Shown piece after piece: positions 52,745 to 55,222 of a DNA stretch of 55,222 nucleotides. The notes under the pieces were generated by a model that was not told the origin of the DNA, searched no databases, and was given only the letters and a program-made list of their open reading frames with translations. A program made the translations under genes and the position numbers. The DNA lies in the NCBI GenBank assembly GCA_964528205.1, contig CAZGRI010000001.1, positions 1-55,222 on the forward strand. The letters are read 5' to 3'. Numbering within the stretch: position 1 is the first letter of the stretch; every line of letters starts with the position of its first letter. Origin of the DNA: an uncultured Dehalococcoidia bacterium. Its GTDB lineage: Bacteria; Chloroflexota; Dehalococcoidia; Lucifugimonadales; CAZGRI01.

Positions 52745-55216
52745 CTATTCACACTTGTTGTAGCCGCAGTCCAGGCAGTGCAGACAGCCCTCCTGGTGTA
52801 TGAGGTAGCCCGAGCACTCGGGGCAGCGGGCGCCGCTGGTGACGATGGGGTTGCCGTTACCGTTGCCGTTCGCGTGACCGGTCCGCTCGGTGGTCGATGG
52901 AAACAGGCCTAGCTGCGCCGTGCTGTCGCCCTTGGCGGGGAGCTCGGTAGCCGTCCCCTGGTCCTCATGCAGATGGCGGCTGAGCGCCAGCGATACCGCG
53001 TCCGCGGGTGAGCGGACCAGCGTGCCTCCGTCCCATACCGGGTCGCACGTAATGCCCTTGAGCTGCTCCACCACCTGGTCGGGGTCGACGCCTGAGCGCA
53101 GCGCTAGCGAGATCAGACGCGATATGGCGTCGATGCTGGCCGAGTCGCAGCCGCCGGACTTGCCAGACGTGGAGAACACCTCGAACGGGTGGCCGCCCTC
53201 GTCGAAGTTGATCGTAACGAACATGGTCCCGTGGCCCGAGCGGACGCGCTCGGTGACGCCCTTGACCATGGCCGGCCGCTGTCGCGGGACCAGCAGGTGT
53301 TCCGCCGACTCTGCGACCTCTTCTCCACCGGTCTCCAGCACCTGCATCGACTTTGAGCCGTCCCGGTAGACCGTGACGGCTTTGCAGCCCGTCTCCCAGG
53401 CCAGCCGGAAAGCGTCTTTGACGTCCGCAACCGAGGCGCTGTTGGGCAGGTTGATGGTCTTGGAGACCGAGTTGGTAACGTGCTTCTGCCACGCGGCCTG
53501 CATGCGGACGTGGGCCTCCTGGCCGATAGCCATCGACGTCCGGTAGACTGAGTCGTCGACCCCATGCTCCGCCAGGATGGCCGCGGCCTCGTCCGGCCGC
53601 TCCGCTATGAGCTCCAGGACCTCCTCCGCCTGGTCTCCCAGCCGGTCGACCAGCGTCTCACGCACCGACGCCGGCGCGTCCAGCAGACGTGAGCTCGACC
53701 CTTCGTGGTCCTTCCACAGGACGTTGGACCACCAGGCCGTCGCGAAGTGGGGCTCGACGCCGCTGGAGCACCCGGCGATCCGGCTGATGGTGCCGGTGGG
53801 CGCTATCGTGATCACGCTGGAGTTCCGTACCGGCGCCATGCCCCGCTCTTTGAGCGCCGACCGCTCGTACTCCTGGAACGGGCCCCGCTCCTCGGCCAGC
53901 AGACGGGACTCGTCCCAGGCCTTGTCCTTGATGAAGCCGGCCAGCCTGTCGGTCAGCTCCAGCGCCTCGTCCGAGTCGTAGGGCATGTCGAGCCTGACCA
54001 GCGCGTCGGCGAAGCCCATGACGCCCAGGCCTATCCGCCTGGTCGCAAGGTTGACCTCCCTCAGCGACTGCAATGGGAAGGAGTTGACGTTGATCACGTC
54101 GTCCAGGAACCTGACCGACGTGCGGACCGTCTCCTCCAACGCATCCCAGTCGAAGTCGCCGTCGCCGATGTGGCGGTCGAGGTTGATGGACCCCAGGCAG
54201 CAGTTGCCGTGGTCCTCCAGGAACTCCTCGCCGCACGGGTTGGAGGTCTCGATCAGGCCCATCTGGGGGTTGGGCGCGGTCTCCCACACCCTGTCGATGA
54301 ATACGACGCCCGGGTCGCCCGTCGTCCAGGCCGACTCGGCGATCTCGTCCCACAGCTCGCGGGCCGGGACGGAGCCCATGGCCTCGCCGTTCCGCGGGTT
54401 GACCAGCTCCCAGTCGTCGCCGGCGTCTACGGCCTTCATGAACTCATCGGTCAGTTGGACGGAGATATTGAAGTTCTGAAGCGTGTCGTCGCCGTCCTTG
54501 CAGTGGATGAACTCTCGTATGTCGGGATGGCTGTCCCTGAGCTGTCCCATGTGGGCGCCCAGCCGGAACGCGCCCTGGGTCAGGGTCGCGCCGACCGAGG
54601 AGTAGAGCTTCATGACGGCGATGGGCCCGCAGGCCTCGCCGTGGGTGGTCGATATATAGTCCTTCCTGGGCCGTAGCTTGGAGAAGCCGAAGCCGATGCC
54701 GCCGCCCCACTTCTCGATCATCGCCGCGTCGCGGGCGACGTCCATGATCGAGGCCATCGTGTCCTCGGGGGACACTACGAAGCAGGCCGAGAGGCAGCCC
54801 CGGCCGGTCCCCGCATTGACCAGGGTGGGGGAGTTCGGCAGGAACTTCAGGGACGACAGCAGGCTGTAGAAGCGGCCCTCCCAGACCTTGCGCTCGCCCT
54901 CCTCCTCTCCCTCTGCGATGGCACGGGCCACACGCCGGAACAGATCCTCGGGCGTCTCCTTGGGGACGCCGTTCTCGTCCTTGATCAGGTAGCGCTTCTC
55001 GAGAATGATGCGGGCGTTCTCCGACAGCACCGGCTCGTCCGCGTGGGCGTCGGAACCATGCCCGTTGCCGAATCCGTTGGCCTTGAGCGTCTCCGCCACG
55101 GCCTGGGCGACTTCGCCCGAAACCCCGGCCGACTCCAGGGCCTCGGCAACGTCATCCGTGACCCTGTCCTTGCCTTTTCCGCGCTGTTTTCCGCCTGGTG
55201 TGTTGTCCTCCAACAT
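52745..55216 (-). CDS. nrdJ: Adenosylcobalamin-dependent (class II) ribonucleotide reductase
   Basis: ARIILEKRYL, FLPNSPTLVNAG, active-site SNPCGEEFL, TISRIAG. C-terminal zinc ribbon CPECSGYLIHQEGCLHCLDCGYNKCE. The start at 55216 lies only 6 nt from the window edge. Confidence 0.9.
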   Translation of the reverse strand: MLEDNTPGGKQRGKGKDRVTDDVAEALESAGVSGEVAQAVAETLKANGFGNGHGSDAHADEPVLSENARIILEKRYLIKDENGVPKETPEDLFRRVARAIAEGEEEGERKVWEGRFYSLLSSLKFLPNSPTLVNAGTGRGCLSACFVVSPEDTMASIMDVARDAAMIEKWGGGIGFGFSKLRPRKDYISTTHGEACGPIAVMKLYSSVGATLTQGAFRLGAHMGQLRDSHPDIREFIHCKDGDDTLQNFNISVQLTDEFMKAVDAGDDWELVNPRNGEAMGSVPARELWDEIAESAWTTGDPGVVFIDRVWETAPNPQMGLIETSNPCGEEFLEDHGNCCLGSINLDRHIGDGDFDWDALEETVRTSVRFLDDVINVNSFPLQSLREVNLATRRIGLGVMGFADALVRLDMPYDSDEALELTDRLAGFIKDKAWDESRLLAEERGPFQEYERSALKERGMAPVRNSSVITIAPTGTISRIAGCSSGVEPHFATAWWSNVLWKDHEGSSSRLLDAPASVRETLVDRLGDQAEEVLELIAERPDEAAAILAEHGVDDSVYRTSMAIGQEAHVRMQAAWQKHVTNSVSKTINLPNSASVADVKDAFRLAWETGCKAVTVYRDGSKSMQVLETGGEEVAESAEHLLVPRQRPAMVKGVTERVRSGHGTMFVTINFDEGGHPFEVFSTSGKSGGCDSASIDAISRLISLALRSGVDPDQVVEQLKGITCDPVWDGGTLVRSPADAVSLALSRHLHEDQGTATELPAKGDSTAQLGLFPSTTERTGHANGNGNGNPIVTSGARCPECSGYLIHQEGCLHCLDCGYNKCE

Positions 55217-55222
55217 CTTTCC

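Noticed and set aside
55217-55222. Possible leader or riboswitch upstream of nrdJ
   Set aside because: Only 6 nt remain before the window edge, so it cannot be assessed.

Overview
High-GC (about mid-60s % by eye) bacterial chromosomal window, densely coding, with about 50 genes. The content is mainly catabolic and housekeeping. It includes an enolase-superfamily enzyme, an amidase, two tandem S9 peptidases, a split CoA-transferase A/B pair, an MFS transporter, a beta-helix protein, a YdiJ-like FAD/Fe-S oxidase and an IMPase. It also includes several SDRs, an M19 dipeptidase, a long-form dCTP-deaminase-like protein, an FAH hydrolase, a PmoA-like/Gfo-Idh-MocA pair and two URO-D-family proteins. 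The remaining genes are TauE, Ldh_2, a Zn-ADH, methyltransferases, tlpA-like, birA, yggU/yggT, proC, pdxA and class II RNR nrdJ. The gene mix resembles marine Chloroflexota such as SAR202, but that is inference only. The most unusual content is a three-gene module, DUF1800-DUF1501-NHL propeller, with no signal peptide on any protein. It occurs twice, as diverged copies in opposite orientation (11998-15588 + and 24838-28465 -). One copy sits between the A and B genes of a CoA-transferase. The other abuts a 51-nt remnant of an M19 dipeptidase gene. The region 2337-6950 looks like an accessory or decaying stretch. It holds an AT-richer zinc-ribbon membrane gene bracketed by direct repeats of the amidase 3' end, plus SDR and DUF2961 gene remnants and two long non-coding tracts. 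Two dispersed hairpin-repeat families are present. I saw no rRNA, tRNA, CRISPR array, transposase or integrase. Many ORF-track entries are GC-driven shadow ORFs or carry over-extended N-termini. I re-set starts where an internal start with a Shine-Dalgarno motif and paralogue alignment supported it.
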